64,000 bases of DNA from Acidimicrobiales bacterium (GCA_965200005.1 OZ241331.1:2747862-2811861); one strand, 5' to 3'. Shown: positions 20,765 to 30,203, counted from the first letter of the stretch. Notes: generated by a model from the letters alone, not told the origin. Translations and numbers: made by a program.

Positions 20765-23068
20765 GTGCCGTCTGGTTCGTTCATGGGAAACGCGGTCACA
20801 CGGCGAGAAGATCCAGACCTTCTAACCGGCAGTCGCCACTATGTCGGAGACATGACACCGCCGGGCACGTTGCATCTGGCGTTCGTGCGCTCGCTGATGG
20901 CCCACGCAAACATCGATGACATCGAGACCACAGATGCCAGCAATGCTGCTGGTGTTGTGGGCGTCTTCAGCGGCAACGACCTCGGTATTGAGCCCCTACT
21001 GGCTTTCCCGATCCTGCCACCCTCGTTCAAGCGGTCAGCTTTTGCAGACAAGGCTCGCCATGTGGGTGATCCTCTAGCGGTCGTTGTGGCCGAGACCCAG
21101 GCCCAGGCTCTTGATGCCGCTGAACTCGTTGAGGTCGACTATGACCCCCTCGACGCCCTGGTTGATCCCTTCGAGGCGCTTGCTGAGGGGGCTGATCTGG
21201 TCATTGAAAAGCACGGATCAAACCTTGCGATGCACCTTGAGACGACCGCTGACCCTGAGGCGCTCAGTGGGCACGATCTGGTTGTCTCAGGCCGTTTCGT
21301 GAACCATCGCGTGTCGGGCGCGCCAATTGAGCCGTCTGCGGTGCTGGCGACTCCCGGTGGTGACAATGGTGAGGAGGTCACCGTGTGGTGTAGCTCCCAG
21401 CGCCCCCATGAGCTACGAGACCAGATAGCCCTCGCATTGGGAGAATCCAAAGACAAGGTGCGGGTCATCGCCCCAGCCGTGGGTGGCGGGTTTGGCCCCA
21501 AAGCTGCCGTTTATCCCGAGTTCTGTGTTGTGGCGGCGCTCGCCAAGCGCTTCGGCCGGCCCGTTAAGTGGATCGAGACCCGCAGCGAGAACCTCGTCAA
21601 CATGATCCAGGGACGCGACCAGATTCAAGACGTGGAACTCGGCCTGACCCGTGACGGGATGTTCCGGTGGTTGCGCGTCAAGCTGACAGCAAACGTCGGT
21701 GCATACCCCGGGATTGGTGCATTCCTGCCGTTCTTTACGATGATGATGGCGACGGGCCCTTACCGCATCGACGTGGTCGACTACAGGACTGACTCCGTGA
21801 TCACCAACATGACGCCAATCGGTGCCTTTCGAGGTGCGGGGCGCCCGGAAGCAACCGTGTCACTGGAGCGCATCATCGACAAGGCGGCCGCCGAACTCGG
21901 CATGGATCCAGCGGAGTTGCGACGCCGCAATCTGCTGGAGCCTGGTGACTTCCCGTTGACCTCGCCGACCGGAGCAAACATGGACTCCGGCGATTACGGC
22001 GCGGCGTTGGATCTTGCCTTAGAGGTGGCCGGATACGAGGAGCTGCGCGCCGAGCAGCAACAACAGCGAGAGCTCGACAGCTCCAAGCTGATCGGGATCG
22101 GCGTTTCGGTGTATGTGGAGGTCACTGCCGTCGGCCTTGTCGAGGAGTACGGCGCGGTGAGCGTCGAACCAGACGGCACGATCACGGCTCGAGTCGGCAC
22201 TGCGTCGCATGGCCAGGGTCACGCCACGGCCTTCTCACAGATACTTGGCGAGGTGCTCGGTGTGACTCCAGATCAGGTGCGCATCATTCACAGCGACACC
22301 GCGGAGGTGCCACGTGGACTCGGGACGGTGGCTTCCCGTTCCTTGCAGACGGCGGGAAGTGCAGTCTGGACAGCTGCGCATGAGGTGCTCGACACGTCCA
22401 AGCAGCTAGCGGCCAGCCTGCTAGAGGCAGACCCTGGAGACATTGTCACTGCTCCAGGTGGCTTAGGTGTGGCAGGTGTTCCGGCACGTGGTGTTTCGTG
22501 GGCGGAACTCGCAGCAGCGGCCCAGAGCGACGACTTGCCTGAGAGGGTCGCACCGGGCGGTTTAGCTGCAGAGACAGATTTCAACCAGGGTGATTCGAGC
22601 TACCCGTTCGGAGCTCATGTCGCTGTTGTGGAGATTGATGCCGAGACTGGTGATACCCGGGTGGTGCGCCACATCGCGGTGGATGACTGCGGCCGGATCC
22701 TGAATCCGATGCTGGTTGAAGGCCAGGTTCATGGGGGTGTCGCTACCGGTATCTCCCAAGCGTTGTATGAGCACACCACCTATGACGAGTGGGGCAATCC
22801 GCGTAACACCAACTTCGCCGATTACGCCATTCCCGCGGCGACCGAGTTGCCTCGTTACGAGACGGCTCACACCGAGACGCCAAGCCCGCGCAACCCGCTC
22901 GGCGCTAAGGGAATCGGCGAATCGGGCACGATCGGCTCCACCCCCGCTGTGCAATCTGCGGTGCTTGACGCTCTGGCCCCTCTCGGGATCACAGACCTAG
23001 ATATGCCCTATACCCCTCAACGGGTGTGGCAAGCGATAGCCGCTGCTCGGGGCGCCGACGCTGCCTAA
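20765..23068 (+). CDS. xanthine dehydrogenase/CO dehydrogenase family molybdopterin-binding large subunit (form-II CoxL-like)
   Basis: 767 aa. N-terminal a/b-hammerhead region and the active-site loop PIGAFRGAGRPEA (form II type AYRGAGR, not the form I AYXCSFR). GTG start with AAGGAGGA upstream. No adjacent small (2Fe-2S) or medium (FAD) subunit genes. Confidence 0.9.
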   Translation: MPSGSFMGNAVTRREDPDLLTGSRHYVGDMTPPGTLHLAFVRSLMAHANIDDIETTDASNAAGVVGVFSGNDLGIEPLLAFPILPPSFKRSAFADKARHVGDPLAVVVAETQAQALDAAELVEVDYDPLDALVDPFEALAEGADLVIEKHGSNLAMHLETTADPEALSGHDLVVSGRFVNHRVSGAPIEPSAVLATPGGDNGEEVTVWCSSQRPHELRDQIALALGESKDKVRVIAPAVGGGFGPKAAVYPEFCVVAALAKRFGRPVKWIETRSENLVNMIQGRDQIQDVELGLTRDGMFRWLRVKLTANVGAYPGIGAFLPFFTMMMATGPYRIDVVDYRTDSVITNMTPIGAFRGAGRPEATVSLERIIDKAAAELGMDPAELRRRNLLEPGDFPLTSPTGANMDSGDYGAALDLALEVAGYEELRAEQQQQRELDSSKLIGIGVSVYVEVTAVGLVEEYGAVSVEPDGTITARVGTASHGQGHATAFSQILGEVLGVTPDQVRIIHSDTAEVPRGLGTVASRSLQTAGSAVWTAAHEVLDTSKQLAASLLEADPGDIVTAPGGLGVAGVPARGVSWAELAAAAQSDDLPERVAPGGLAAETDFNQGDSSYPFGAHVAVVEIDAETGDTRVVRHIAVDDCGRILNPMLVEGQVHGGVATGISQALYEHTTYDEWGNPRNTNFADYAIPAATELPRYETAHTETPSPRNPLGAKGIGESGTIGSTPAVQSAVLDALAPLGITDLDMPYTPQRVWQAIAAARGADAA

Positions 23069-23150
23069 TCGCTAGCCAGGCTCTCAGCCCCTCAGGCCCT
23101 CAACCGCTCGACCCCAGCCGAGGGCACGGGGCCAAAGCCAGATTGTGGAC

Positions 23151-23963
23151 TCAGACGCGCCTCACTGGATCTGCATCGATAAGGGTCTGGGCGAGGCGTT
23201 GCCATTGATGCAGGCTCAGGGCTTCGGGGCGCCACGTCGGCGTAACTCCTGCTTCCACAAAGGCGGCTGCGTCAACTAGTCGAGTTAGCGAGCGGCGCAG
23301 CATCTTGCGCCGCTGACCGAAGGCTGCGCGTAGCAACGTCTCCACACCGGCTTGCAGCTCCGGGGATGCCGTTGGTGTGGCGGCGGTGTGACGTCTGATC
23401 CTCACGACTGCAGATTCAACTTTGGGTTGCGGGTAGAAGCACTCCGCACCGACATGTGCAACGACTTCCGCCGTGCCGAGGCTCTCAACAAGCACGCTGG
23501 GTATGCCTCGCTGGCGTGACCCTGGCGGTGCTGCCAGACGCTGACCAACTTCTAGCTGCACCATTACCACCATCGAGACGATACTCGGGAAGTCACTCAG
23601 CAACCGCAAGATCAGCGGCGTGGCAATATTGTATGGAAGATTGGCCACGAGCTTCCAGGTGCCGCTCGTTGCTAGCAGTGCCTCAAGGTCGATCCTGTCG
23701 ATGTCACCCTCGACGACTTGCACGTTTGATGCCATGAACTGGTGTCGCAACGCCTTACAACAGGCTGGATCCTTCTCGACCGCGACGATCCGAGCACCGC
23801 TCTCATTAAGAGCCAGCGTGAGAGATCCCAGACCAGCCCCAACCTCAAGAACGCAACCGTCCCGGCTAGCTCCGCTGGTGCGAACCATCATGTGGAGCAG
23901 GTCAGGGTCAATCACAAAGTGCTGACCCAACGATCGCCGAGCTGTCACACCGTGCGCAGCCAT
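23151..23963 (-). CDS. rsmA: 16S rRNA (adenine1518-N6/adenine1519-N6)-dimethyltransferase
   Basis: RRSLGQHFVID and SAM motif VLEVGAGLGSLT. ATG at 23963 gives 270 aa and removes the overlap with the rpf gene that the 363-aa ORF-track version has. Confidence 0.92.
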   Translation of the reverse strand: MAAHGVTARRSLGQHFVIDPDLLHMMVRTSGASRDGCVLEVGAGLGSLTLALNESGARIVAVEKDPACCKALRHQFMASNVQVVEGDIDRIDLEALLATSGTWKLVANLPYNIATPLILRLLSDFPSIVSMVVMVQLEVGQRLAAPPGSRQRGIPSVLVESLGTAEVVAHVGAECFYPQPKVESAVVRIRRHTAATPTASPELQAGVETLLRAAFGQRRKMLRRSLTRLVDAAAFVEAGVTPTWRPEALSLHQWQRLAQTLIDADPVRRV

Positions 23964-23992
23964 TAACGCACGTAGTGCTTGTTTGGTGTGAG

Positions 23993-25120
23993 TCAGCTCG
24001 GCAGCCGCTTGCGGCAGGTGGGCCAGGGATTCCAGCCGTTCAACTCGTAGAGCTTGTAGGCCATGCGATCCTGGTCGGCAGGTGCGGCTAGAGCCGGATC
24101 CACACCGGCCAACTCTGGGTAGTAGTTGCCAGCTACGTAGTTCCAGGTGGCGATCGAGAACTGGTAGGCGCCCCGGTACCTGCCGCTGCGGTCGACTATC
24201 GAATAGCTTTGCCTCGACTCGCACTCCCGCAGCGCGTACCACTGCTCCTCAGTGGTGCCCTCAGGTATCTTTGGCTCGCCGTCAGCGGACTCGTCTTCTT
24301 CGTCGTTGGTTGCTGCTTCTGAGTTGTCGTCGTTCGCGTCTGGCTCGGAAGTGGTATCAGCTTCGGTGTCAGCCGATTCGGACGGCTCGGCAGTCTCTTC
24401 GGCAACTTCCGGAGCAGGCTGTTCCTCCGGCTCTGCCGCTTCATTCGAATCCTTGTCTTCGGGTGATTCCGAGGGGACAGTGACAACCACGGTGCCCGGT
24501 GGCAGTTCGGGGTCAACGTCGATGCCTAGATCGTCAAGCCACCCAAACTGCAAGCTGCCGAGTGGACTCTGATCATCGACACCTAGTATTGGCTGGTCTG
24601 AGCCTGTTGACGGCATCTCATCAGGCTCATCGTCTAGTACCGCAATGTTGGTGCCTGCAGTCATAGCGAGCCTGCTAGCACGGTCTATGGATCGTGCCAG
24701 ATGCAAGTCGCGCGCATGCAGCCATTGCCGGGCCCGTTCCGCAAACGACTCAAGATCAACAAACCCAAACGACCTCGGGTCGCTGGCTTCGCCTGACTTG
24801 CTCGCCTTGCTCGCATCGCTGGTGTTCCCGGTTGCTTCCTCCTCGGCGACGATCTCGACGATCTCATCGTCAGCATCGGCTTCAGACTCAGAGTCCGCCG
24901 CTTTCTCCGCTATCTCGGCTGTCTCGGCTTCGATATCAGATTCGGAGTCGACCGAATCATCGGTACTGACGCCGGGCTCGGGCGCGACTGCTTCGGAGTT
25001 GACTGCTGCAATTGGTGCCACGCCGACCGTTAAGGCCACCATCGCCAACGCGACGACCGCGGTGAGCCACCGTGGGAGCGAGACAGACACGGACCTACGA
25101 GGTTCGCTGACCTGCAGCAT
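23993..25120 (-). CDS. secreted resuscitation-promoting-factor-like transglycosylase with a long acidic low-complexity region
   Basis: N-terminal TM/signal helix and a D/E/S/A-rich region of about 250 aa. C-terminal Rpf-type domain (WYALRECESRQSY...YRGAYQFSIATW...GWNPWPTC) with the catalytic Glu context ECES. Same position as rpfB upstream of ksgA in mycobacteria. Confidence 0.8.
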   Translation of the reverse strand: MLQVSEPRRSVSVSLPRWLTAVVALAMVALTVGVAPIAAVNSEAVAPEPGVSTDDSVDSESDIEAETAEIAEKAADSESEADADDEIVEIVAEEEATGNTSDASKASKSGEASDPRSFGFVDLESFAERARQWLHARDLHLARSIDRASRLAMTAGTNIAVLDDEPDEMPSTGSDQPILGVDDQSPLGSLQFGWLDDLGIDVDPELPPGTVVVTVPSESPEDKDSNEAAEPEEQPAPEVAEETAEPSESADTEADTTSEPDANDDNSEAATNDEEDESADGEPKIPEGTTEEQWYALRECESRQSYSIVDRSGRYRGAYQFSIATWNYVAGNYYPELAGVDPALAAPADQDRMAYKLYELNGWNPWPTCRKRLPS

Positions 25121-25877
25121 CGAGACCGTAGAAGTTCAACGTCGTGGCCCTTGTCGTGTTGCGCACTTCACTCACTTCAAGGTTCTTCGTCTTCGCGACT
25201 GCCGCACCCACAACGCTCACTAGCGCCGGGCGGTTGGGGCGACCCCGGTGCGGTACCGGTGCCAGATACGGACTGTCGGTCTCGACAACAAGACGCTCAA
25301 GTGGGCAGATGCGGGCGGCGGCTCGCACCTCGGGTGCCTTGGGGAATGTGACAATCCCCGAAAACGAGAGCAAGGCACCACGCTGCAGACACTCACGAGC
25401 CTCATCCGGCCCACCTGTGAAGCAGTGCATTACTAGTCGCTTCGGCACTCCCTCTCGATCCAGCACGGCAAACATGTCATCCCAAGCCGACCTTGAGTGA
25501 ATCACAAGTGGCATCTCTAAGCGATTAGCCATCTCGATCTGTTCCGCAAAGACATTGCGCTGTACCGAACGCGGCGAGTAGTCGTAGTGATAGTCCAGCC
25601 CGGCCTCGCCGACCGCCACGACCTGAGGCATCGAAAGCAGCGCCTCAAGTCCAGCGGTGCCCCCCGATGCCTCGTGAGGATGCACACCTGCCGTTGCCCA
25701 GACACCGTCGTGACGCGCGGCTACTGCGGCTGCTTCCTTCGAGTCTTCAACATCGGTGCCGACGTTGATCAGCACGTCGACACCCGCTAAGCGAGCGTCC
25801 TCAACTAGCTCGTGAGCCGATTCGGCTGACGGCAGGTGGCAATGCTGATCAACCCAACCCACGGCACCAGAAGCCAC
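25095..25877 (-). CDS. tatD: TatD family hydrolase
   Basis: DQHCHL metal-binding start, then the EAGLDYHY and HCF motifs. Follows metG as in mycobacteria. Confidence 0.9.
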   Translation of the reverse strand: MASGAVGWVDQHCHLPSAESAHELVEDARLAGVDVLINVGTDVEDSKEAAAVAARHDGVWATAGVHPHEASGGTAGLEALLSMPQVVAVGEAGLDYHYDYSPRSVQRNVFAEQIEMANRLEMPLVIHSRSAWDDMFAVLDREGVPKRLVMHCFTGGPDEARECLQRGALLSFSGIVTFPKAPEVRAAARICPLERLVVETDSPYLAPVPHRGRPNRPALVSVVGAAVAKTKNLEVSEVRNTTRATTLNFYGLDAAGQRTS

Positions 25878-25890
25878 GTTTCAGCACCAG

Positions 25891-27534
25891 TTAGCTAGCA
25901 GCCGCTAGATCGATCTCGTCGAGGTCGACCTTGGCAAACAACGGTCCGGGATTCGACAATTTGGCGCCTGCTTGTAAGGGTGGCCGTTCCCAGCTAGTCA
26001 CCGGCCCGAAGCAACCATCGAGAGCAGCCGTCGAGAACGGTAGGTAAGGAGCAAACGCAACCCGCACCCCAGCAATTGCCTCAAGCGCGGTCAGCAGCAC
26101 TGCCGCTGCCCGCTCAGTGTCGGACTTGGCAAGCTTCCACGGTTCGGTTGCGTTGAGATAGGCGTTTACCCGTGCTGCGGCTTCCATTGCCGTGCGCAGT
26201 CCGGCACGTAACTCCACCCGGTTGATGTGCTCGCCTGCCCGATCGAGATCAGCATCGACTTGCTCTAGCAACTCCCGATCAACCGACCGTCGCACACAGC
26301 CACCTGGGATCGTGTTTGCAAGGGAGCGTTTCGCTAGCGACAGAACCCTGTTGACAAGGTTGCCCCAGGTCGCCACCAACTCACCGTTGATGCGCCGCGC
26401 AATCTCTTCCAGGGAGACCTCGGTATCAGAGTGCTCTGGTAAGGCGGCGCTCAAAGCGAACCGCAAGGCATCCGGCTGGAATAGCTGCAACCCGAGATCA
26501 ATAGTCAGGCCGATGCCACGCCCGGAAGCCATCTTGGCGCCCGAGAAAGTGACGTACTGGTTGGCCGGCACGTCATCTGGCAGATGCAGCCCGCCGTATC
26601 CCATCAACTGCGCTGGCCAGAACAAGGTGTGGAACGGGATGTTGTCTTTGCCGATGAAGTAGTAGTGACGGGCCTCATCGTTTTGCCACCAGTGCTGCCA
26701 GGCGTCAGGTCGACCCTGACGTTGAGCCCATTCCTTCGAGGCGGACAGGTAGCCGATCACCGCGTCATACCAGACATAAATGCGCTTGCCGGGCCCCAGG
26801 TCGTCGACCGGAAGGTCGATACCCCAGTCGAGGTCACGGGTTATCGCCCGGTCATGCAGTCCTTCACGAGTCCAGCCGAACGAGGAATTCAAGACATGAG
26901 GTCGCCATCCCTCACGAGTCTCGAGCCATTCAGCGACCCGCTCGGTGAAGTCCGAGTAACGGAAATAGAAGTGCTCGGTGGGCCGCAACTCAGGCGCAGC
27001 ACCGCTGATCTTGGACCGGGGCTCGATCAGCTCGGTGGCATCATGAGTGGTGCCGCACTGCTCGCACTGGTCGCCTCGTGCCTGCGAGAAACCACACACC
27101 GAACAGGTGCCCTCGATATAGCGGTCGGGCAGGAAGCGCTCGCCGACCGGGTCATAGAACTGCTCGGAGACACGCTTGTCGATGTAGCCGTTACGTAGCT
27201 GCACACTGAACATGTCCTGTGTGACCGCAGCGTGATTGTCCGTTCCGGTGGTTGTGAACAGATCCCAGGAGATGCCCACGGCGTCCCATTGCCGGCAGAA
27301 CTCGCTGTGATAACGATCGACAAGCTCAGACGGGGTGACTCCTTCGGCGTCGGCTCGCAGGGTGATCGGTGTGCCGTGGACATCGGAGCCGCTCACCATC
27401 AACACCTCGTTGCCAGCTAGACGCTGGTAACGAGCAAAGATGTCCGCCGGGATATAGGCACCGGCAAGATGACCCAGATGACGGCTGCCCGAAGCGTAAG
27501 GCCACGCCACGGCAACCAGGATCGGCACACTCAT
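25891..27534 (-). CDS. metG: methionine--tRNA ligase
   Basis: HLGH class I motif, zinc knuckle CSVCG...CEQCG, and a KMS-like loop GAKMASGRG. Confidence 0.96.
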   Translation of the reverse strand: MSVPILVAVAWPYASGSRHLGHLAGAYIPADIFARYQRLAGNEVLMVSGSDVHGTPITLRADAEGVTPSELVDRYHSEFCRQWDAVGISWDLFTTTGTDNHAAVTQDMFSVQLRNGYIDKRVSEQFYDPVGERFLPDRYIEGTCSVCGFSQARGDQCEQCGTTHDATELIEPRSKISGAAPELRPTEHFYFRYSDFTERVAEWLETREGWRPHVLNSSFGWTREGLHDRAITRDLDWGIDLPVDDLGPGKRIYVWYDAVIGYLSASKEWAQRQGRPDAWQHWWQNDEARHYYFIGKDNIPFHTLFWPAQLMGYGGLHLPDDVPANQYVTFSGAKMASGRGIGLTIDLGLQLFQPDALRFALSAALPEHSDTEVSLEEIARRINGELVATWGNLVNRVLSLAKRSLANTIPGGCVRRSVDRELLEQVDADLDRAGEHINRVELRAGLRTAMEAAARVNAYLNATEPWKLAKSDTERAAAVLLTALEAIAGVRVAFAPYLPFSTAALDGCFGPVTSWERPPLQAGAKLSNPGPLFAKVDLDEIDLAAAS

Positions 27535-27645
27535 GGGCGTGCAGGCTACCGGCCACTCCCGGACAGCTAAAGCGGAGTGCCAGGCGGCACGGCTTGCGAG
27601 CTGGTGTGAGTGCTACTTGTGACTGCTCAGCCCGAGGTCAGGGCA

Positions 27646-28488
27646 TCAGGAAGCAGCGATCAGGTTGTAAACGCGCCGGCGCGGCAACTGATAAGTCTTG
27701 GCCAATTGGGTTGCCGCGTCCCGGCGAGTAATCCCCTCCTCAAAGAGCCTCTGAGCAGCCTCAAGCAACTCGGCGTCGCTCACCTCACGGCTCGCCGGTG
27801 GTGCTCCGTCGACAACCAATGCCACCTCGCCACGCACCACCGCCTTGGTGACCCAGTCGCAGAGTTCTGCGAGGCTGCCGCGGATCACCTCTTCATGCAG
27901 TTTCGTGAGTTCACGCACCACCGCCGCACGCCGCTGCGCACCGCACGACTTTGCTAGGTCGGCGAGACAAGACTCGAGGCGGTGGGGCGATTCGAACAGC
28001 ACGACCGTGCGCGGTTCGGTGGCTATCTGAGCAAGCCGTTTCCGTCGAGACGGCCCCTTACGAGGTAGGAACCCCTCAAACACATAGCGAGCCGTGGAGA
28101 GTCCACTCACCGCGAGCGCGGCCGTGGCTGCAGATGGCCCGGGCACGACAGACACCGCAAGGCCTGCCGCTATACAAGCAGCCACCAGCCGCTCACCTGG
28201 ATCCGAGACACAGGGCATGCCAGCGTCGCTAACCACAGCCACACGTTTGCCACCCGCAACCAGCCTGCAGATCTCAGAAGCCGAACGGGTTTCGTTGTGT
28301 TGATCAAGACGCCGCAGGCGCACACCGCTAATGCCGACCATCTGCAACAGCCGACCGGTGCGCCGGGTGTCCTCACAGCACACCAGATCTGCTGTGGCTA
28401 GCGCCTCAGAGGCACGCGGGCTCAGGTCACCCAGGTTGCCGATCGGCGTTCCGACCAGCACCAAACATCCCCCAGGTGGCGGCTTCAC
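27646..28488 (-). CDS. rsmI: 16S rRNA (cytidine1402-2'-O)-methyltransferase
   Basis: Tetrapyrrole-methylase fold N-terminus LVLVGTPIGNLGDLSPRA and a C-terminal HTH-like tail. Confidence 0.9.
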   Translation of the reverse strand: MKPPPGGCLVLVGTPIGNLGDLSPRASEALATADLVCCEDTRRTGRLLQMVGISGVRLRRLDQHNETRSASEICRLVAGGKRVAVVSDAGMPCVSDPGERLVAACIAAGLAVSVVPGPSAATAALAVSGLSTARYVFEGFLPRKGPSRRKRLAQIATEPRTVVLFESPHRLESCLADLAKSCGAQRRAAVVRELTKLHEEVIRGSLAELCDWVTKAVVRGEVALVVDGAPPASREVSDAELLEAAQRLFEEGITRRDAATQLAKTYQLPRRRVYNLIAAS

Positions 28489-28814
28489 CGCCTGATCTCA
28501 ACGGTGATGCCTTCGGTGATCTCCCATCGAGCAAAGGCTCCCGCTTCGGCCTCCAGCACACATCGTGCTCGCCAGACGGGCCGTCCCAGCCGGTTCGGTT
28601 GCATCTTTGTTAGCCGCAACACCTTCATCTCGGAATCACAGTGAGCCACATCAATGGCGAAGCGCATCCCGAACGTGTGAACCCAGCGGGTACGAGGCAA
28701 TAGCAGAGCACCTTCGATGCCTTCGCGCCCTTGCAGACCGCGTCGGCGTTGCGTGTGTGTCGAGGCGATCTCGAGTGAAGCGATGACCCGGTCGCCGTGA
28801 ACCAACCACGCCAT
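28485..28814 (-). CDS. DUF192 domain protein
   Basis: RRRGLQGREGIEGALLLPRTRWVHTFGMRFAIDVAH...VLEAEAG is the DUF192 pattern. 4-nt overlap with rsmI. Confidence 0.8.
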   Translation of the reverse strand: MAWLVHGDRVIASLEIASTHTQRRRGLQGREGIEGALLLPRTRWVHTFGMRFAIDVAHCDSEMKVLRLTKMQPNRLGRPVWRARCVLEAEAGAFARWEITEGITVEIRR

Positions 28815-28846
28815 GACATGAATCTAATGCGACCCTTTGCCGAGCT

Positions 28847-28903
28847 TTGGTGGCTATCTGTCTCCGGGTGGACCCGTCTTGGTGGCTCTGTCTCCGGGTG
28901 GAC
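28847..28903. repeat. two direct copies of a ~26-nt element (ttggtggct[a]ctgtctccgggtggac) separated by 5 nt, upstream of the DUF192-rsmI genes
   Basis: Read directly: 28847-28873 and 28879-28903 differ only by one inserted base. Confidence 0.8.
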
Positions 28904-28938
28904 GTGCTGCAGGGGCACCAGATTGAGAGATCGAAGAT

Positions 28939-30012
28939 TCACACGTTGAAGCGGAACTCGATCACATCGCCGTCTCGAACCCGGTAGTCACGCCCTTCAG
29001 CGCGCAGCAACCCCTGGGACCTGGCCCCCGACCAGGATCCCGCAACGACTAGGTCCTCGAATGCGATGGTCTCCGCCCTGATGAAGCCTCGCTCCATGTC
29101 GCTGTGAACCTTGCCGGCACACCTCGCTGCAGTTGAACCTGCTTCAAACGTCCAAGCTCTTGTTTCGGTCGGGCCGGTCGTCAAGAACGTGCGCAGGCCG
29201 AGCAGCCGGTAGGCGCTGTTGAGAAACCGGTCACGTGCTCCAGTTCCAAGGCCCAGGGCCTCAAGCATTTCGGGTCGCTCGGCCTCATCAAGTTGTGCGG
29301 CTTCGGCTTCGAGTTGCACACACAGCGGCACAACCTCGGCGGCACCGATCGCTGAGCGCACCGGCTCCGCCACTTGCTGTGCTATGGGTATCTGCTCTTC
29401 GGAGATGTTGACCACTGCCAGCACCGGTTTGGCCGTTAGCAAAAAGAACGGTTGCAGGCGCTGCCACTGAGCGTCACTGAAGCCTGCCCGATATAGCGGC
29501 ACGCCCGCTTCAAGTACGGCCACAGCTTGGGATAGCAACTTCACAGCCGGCCGTATGTCCGCATCACCTTTGGCCATACGTGACAACTTCTCAAGCTGGC
29601 GTGTGGCGCTCTCCAGATCGGCAAGCGCCAACTCGATCTCGAGTATCTCAAAGCTCTCGAGCGGATCACTCTCGCCCGTCACGTCTTCATCTTCAAATGC
29701 TCTGAGCACATAGACAATGGCGTCCGTGTCACGCACCCGCCCCAGAAAAGCGTTGCCAAGACCCTCACCACGACTCGATCCGGCCACGAGTCCCCCGATG
29801 TCGGTGAACTGCACCGATGCGTGAACGATGCGGCGGCTCTTGCTCATGCGTGCCAGCACAGCGAGGCGCTCATCGGGCACCTTTGCCACACCGACGCTGG
29901 CTGAGGTCGTCGCGAAGGCGTGCCGCGCGATAGGTAGATCGGCTCCTACTAGAGCGTTGTGTAAAGAGGTCTTGCCGGAGTTAGGTAAACCGACGAACCC
30001 GAACCGTTGCAC
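28939..30012 (-). CDS. ychF: redox-regulated ATPase YchF
   Basis: P-loop GLPNSGKTS and a C-terminal TGS-like region with ERGFIRAE. Confidence 0.9.
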   Translation of the reverse strand: MQRFGFVGLPNSGKTSLHNALVGADLPIARHAFATTSASVGVAKVPDERLAVLARMSKSRRIVHASVQFTDIGGLVAGSSRGEGLGNAFLGRVRDTDAIVYVLRAFEDEDVTGESDPLESFEILEIELALADLESATRQLEKLSRMAKGDADIRPAVKLLSQAVAVLEAGVPLYRAGFSDAQWQRLQPFFLLTAKPVLAVVNISEEQIPIAQQVAEPVRSAIGAAEVVPLCVQLEAEAAQLDEAERPEMLEALGLGTGARDRFLNSAYRLLGLRTFLTTGPTETRAWTFEAGSTAARCAGKVHSDMERGFIRAETIAFEDLVVAGSWSGARSQGLLRAEGRDYRVRDGDVIEFRFNV

Positions 30013-30113
30013 CTGCGTTCCCGATCACGGCCACAGCCACAGCCAAACCCGAAGTCTCGACCTTCACGTGTGGCCAAGTTCGGGGCGGCCGTTCAGAGCA
30101 GGCCGCTACTCGA

Positions 30114-30203
30114 TCAGCTATTGCGACCAGCGTTTGGCTTGCGTCCGTGATTTGCCTTTGAGCGGCGGGCCTTGGCGCGCCTCTTGCTCGTGCGCTTAGA
30201 CAT
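30114..30203 (-). CDS. 50S ribosomal protein bL37 (actinobacteria-specific, 29 aa), absent from the ORF track because it is under 60 aa
   Basis: The minus strand reads ATG TCT AAG CGC ACG AGC AAG AGG ... = MSKRTSKRRAKARRSKANHGRKPNAGRNS*. The SKANHG(K/R)(R/K)PN core matches mycobacterial bL37 as I remember it (MAKRGRKKRDRKHSKANHGKRPNA). Confidence 0.75.
   Translation of the reverse strand: MSKRTSKRRAKARRSKANHGRKPNAGRNS

Noticed and set aside
23964-24242. 93-codon N-terminal extension of rsmA
   Set aside because: It overlaps the 3' end of the Rpf-like gene in another frame. The conserved RsmA sequence begins right after ATG 23963.
25095-25140. c-di-AMP (ydaO-type) riboswitch upstream of the Rpf-like gene, as seen before many actinobacterial rpf genes
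   Set aside because: The rpf start overlaps the tatD 3' end by 26 nt, so there is no leader in which a riboswitch could reside.
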